From positions 1-45,781 of the forward strand of contig JAHYJJ010000001.1 in assembly GCA_019429165.1 (NCBI GenBank): a stretch of DNA of 45,781 nt. Reading direction: 5' to 3'. Of this stretch, positions 44,075 to 45,781 are shown one piece after another; position 1 is the stretch's first letter; the number at the start of each line of letters is the position of its first letter. The DNA comes from Methanosarcinaceae archaeon (lineage in GTDB: Archaea; Halobacteriota; Methanosarcinia; Methanosarcinales; Methanosarcinaceae). A model generated the notes under the pieces. It saw only the letters and a program-made list of their open reading frames with translations, searched no databases and had not been told where the DNA came from. The translations under genes were made by a program, and so were the position numbers.

Positions 44075-44827
44075 ATGTGTATAGTATTAGTATGTAAAAC
44101 AGAAAAACCTACAATGGAAATTCTCAAAAATTGTGAAGAATCAAATGGCGATGGTGCCGGGATATCATGGCGAGAAGGAAATAAAATAAAATGGTCTAAA
44201 GGACATAATGCAGAAGAGATTTATACATTAAGTCAGTCTGTTGAATTGCCTTTTATAGTTCATTTTAGATTCGCCACAGTCGGAGGTTCTATAAAGGAAC
44301 TATGTCACCCTTTTAGTGTAACAAAAGATGTTAAAACAACATTAAAAGGTAGTGCAAAAGAGGTTATAATGCATAACGGTCATTGGTCCAATTGGTCTGA
44401 AGCTTTAAAAAACAATATGATATGTTCTAGTGCTAGAATACCTACGGGGGTATGGTCGGATACACGAGCTATTGCATATTTTACAAATAGATGCGGTTCA
44501 GGATTTTTACAGATGTTAGATGAAAAGGTTGTATTGTTTAATATGAAACATATAACTATATTTGGTTCTGGTTGGACTGAAGAAGATAATGGTATTATTT
44601 ATTCAAATACAGAGTATAAAGGTCGTTATAAAAGTGTATATCGTGAAGAAAAATGGACTAATAGACACTATAGAAACGGATATTATAAAAAAAATGGACA
44701 TTCTTATGGTCAGGATTATGAAGATAATACGCTAGAAGATGAAGAAAAGGAATTTGAAACAGATAGATTGGATAAAGATGAAAAATGTAAAAATGCTACA
44801 ATCTGTATGGCGGAATATATGGATTAA
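44075..44827 (+). CDS. Class-II (Ntn) glutamine amidotransferase-like protein
   Basis: The Met-Cys N-terminus (MCIVLV) supplies the Ntn nucleophile. Further motifs: GDGAGISW, HFRFATVG, HPF, MHNGHWSNW. Confidence 0.65.
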   Translation: MCIVLVCKTEKPTMEILKNCEESNGDGAGISWREGNKIKWSKGHNAEEIYTLSQSVELPFIVHFRFATVGGSIKELCHPFSVTKDVKTTLKGSAKEVIMHNGHWSNWSEALKNNMICSSARIPTGVWSDTRAIAYFTNRCGSGFLQMLDEKVVLFNMKHITIFGSGWTEEDNGIIYSNTEYKGRYKSVYREEKWTNRHYRNGYYKKNGHSYGQDYEDNTLEDEEKEFETDRLDKDEKCKNATICMAEYMD

Positions 44828-44839
44828 GGGGGTGTTATT

Positions 44840-45313
44840 ATGGATAAATTATTAGAAAATAAAGATGTAACTAAAACTATAAATGATTATGACTTATTAT
44901 TTGTATATGGAACTTTACGAAAATCCGGTAGTTTACATAAACTGTATTTAACCGATGCAATTTATAGTACTACAATAAAATTAAGTGGTGTTAAATTGTA
45001 TGAGTCTCAACTCCTACCTGTTGCCGTTTTGACTAAAAAGGATAAACATAAGATTAAAGGGGAGTTATATTATGTTCTTAAAACGGATATGCTCTCTATA
45101 GACAGATTAGAAAGTAGTTATAGAAAAGTTAAATTAACCGTTGCGATTAGCGGGTATAGTGAAAAACAAGAAGTTATAATGTATGTTAAAAAAACAACAG
45201 AAATTATAAATTTACAACCTTATCGTATTAAATCTGGCGATTGGATATTACATCAAAAGATTTTTGAAGATAAAGTTAATAAAATGTGTGAAGAAGAACG
45301 GTTTTGTATGTAA
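44840..45313 (+). CDS. Gamma-glutamylcyclotransferase (AIG2/GGCT-like) protein
   Basis: LLFVYGTLRKSGSLH (the YGTLR-x-G motif), GELYYV, LDRLESSYRKV. Confidence 0.65.
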   Translation: MDKLLENKDVTKTINDYDLLFVYGTLRKSGSLHKLYLTDAIYSTTIKLSGVKLYESQLLPVAVLTKKDKHKIKGELYYVLKTDMLSIDRLESSYRKVKLTVAISGYSEKQEVIMYVKKTTEIINLQPYRIKSGDWILHQKIFEDKVNKMCEEERFCM

Positions 45314-45369
45314 GACCAAAATCTATTTATACTCACAAAACAAATAACAATATAAGGGGGGTTATTAAA

Positions 45370-45552
45370 ATGAAATATAAAAATATAGAACGATTAATAA
45401 AATGGCATTACAAATACACAGAGATTTGTAAGCATAGTGCAACAGACTTTGTAAATAGATGTTTGCAAGGAAAATCTGAAATTAAAAAGCTAGAAACTAA
45501 CATAGTTTATGTGTGTCCGCCTTGTAAGGAAATGGTTGAATTGGTGGATTAA
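45370..45552 (+). CDS. Hypothetical protein
   Basis: The ATG at 45370 follows AAGGGGGG. 60 aa. The track start at 45304 overlaps the previous gene. Confidence 0.4.
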   Translation: MKYKNIERLIKWHYKYTEICKHSATDFVNRCLQGKSEIKKLETNIVYVCPPCKEMVELVD

Positions 45553-45781
45553 ATGGGGTTAGATATGTATTTAAAGGCTTCTAAGTTTTTTATTAATAAT
45601 GATAATGAACTCAAAGATAAACTTAAAAAGTTAATCAAGATTAATTTGGAGCCAATTAAAATAACCTTTAATGTTATGTGTTGGCGTAAATCAAATGCTA
45701 TTCATAAATGGTTTGTTAATAATGTTCAGTCCGGTGTTGATGATTGTAAAGATTATAATGTAACCATAGACGATTTGAAGG
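45553..45781 (+). CDS. Hypothetical protein (3' end outside the window)
   Basis: Open to the window end: MGLDMYLKASKFF...CWRKSNAIHKWFVNNVQSGVDDCKDYNV. GGTGG lies 5 nt upstream. Confidence 0.5.
   Translation, partial: MGLDMYLKASKFFINNDNELKDKLKKLIKINLEPIKITFNVMCWRKSNAIHKWFVNNVQSGVDDCKDYNVTIDDLK

Larger units (their letters stand above)
30409..45781. mobile_element. Virus-like unit B (head/packaging module, control region, early operon; right end outside the window)
   Basis: Has its own TerS, TerL, portal, protease and MCP. Minus-strand late genes and plus-strand early genes diverge from 40686-42125. Confidence 0.5.

Noticed and set aside
1-45781. The window as one circular genome with a terminal overlap
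   Set aside because: The sequence matching the window start is internal (30501), not at the window end. I noticed no match between 45,5xx-45,781 and the start.

Overview
The whole window is virus or provirus DNA. It is densely packed with mostly Shine-Dalgarno-led genes. I saw no cellular housekeeping genes, rRNA, CRISPR array or integrase.

Layout:
(i) 1-40685 is one unbroken minus-strand gene array.
(ii) 40686-42125 is a largely non-coding divergent control region of about 1.4 kb, rich in dyads and G/C homopolymers.
(iii) 42126-45781 is a plus-strand early-type operon.

The minus-strand array carries two complete, mutually divergent HK97-type head and packaging gene sets.

Unit A (1 to about 30500), listed by ascending coordinate: fibre-like gene cut by the window start, portal-MuF fusion, TerL, TerS, RHH-like regulator, large palindrome plus 49-bp iterons, resolvase-like nuclease, family B DNA polymerase, Cas4-like nuclease fused to an SF2 helicase, AEP primase-SF3 helicase, a second giant palindrome, small membrane proteins, a siphovirus-like tail module (receptor-binding protein, tip, tape measure, G/GT-type chaperones with a CCCAAAC slip site, tube), connectors, MCP, protease-scaffold, gp10-like protein and a large spike-like protein.

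Unit B (30409 to beyond 45781), listed by ascending coordinate: a fibre gene with the same C-terminal domain, further carboxypeptidase-regulatory-like and signal-peptide proteins, an HhH protein, MCP, protease-scaffold, portal, Zn-ribbon protein, tRNA-Met(CAT), TerL and TerS. These are followed by the control region and the early operon. That operon encodes an AbrB-like regulator and a trio of amidoligase, class-II amidotransferase and gamma-glutamylcyclotransferase.

Unit A is bracketed by a 261-nt direct repeat whose copies lie exactly 30,500 bp apart. The first 127 nt are exact and begin at window base 1. Nested or cointegrated viruses and an assembly path through a shared repeat are both live explanations.

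The sequence alone does not settle whether the host is bacterial or archaeal. All functional calls rest on motifs I could read in the translations and on gene order. No database search was run.
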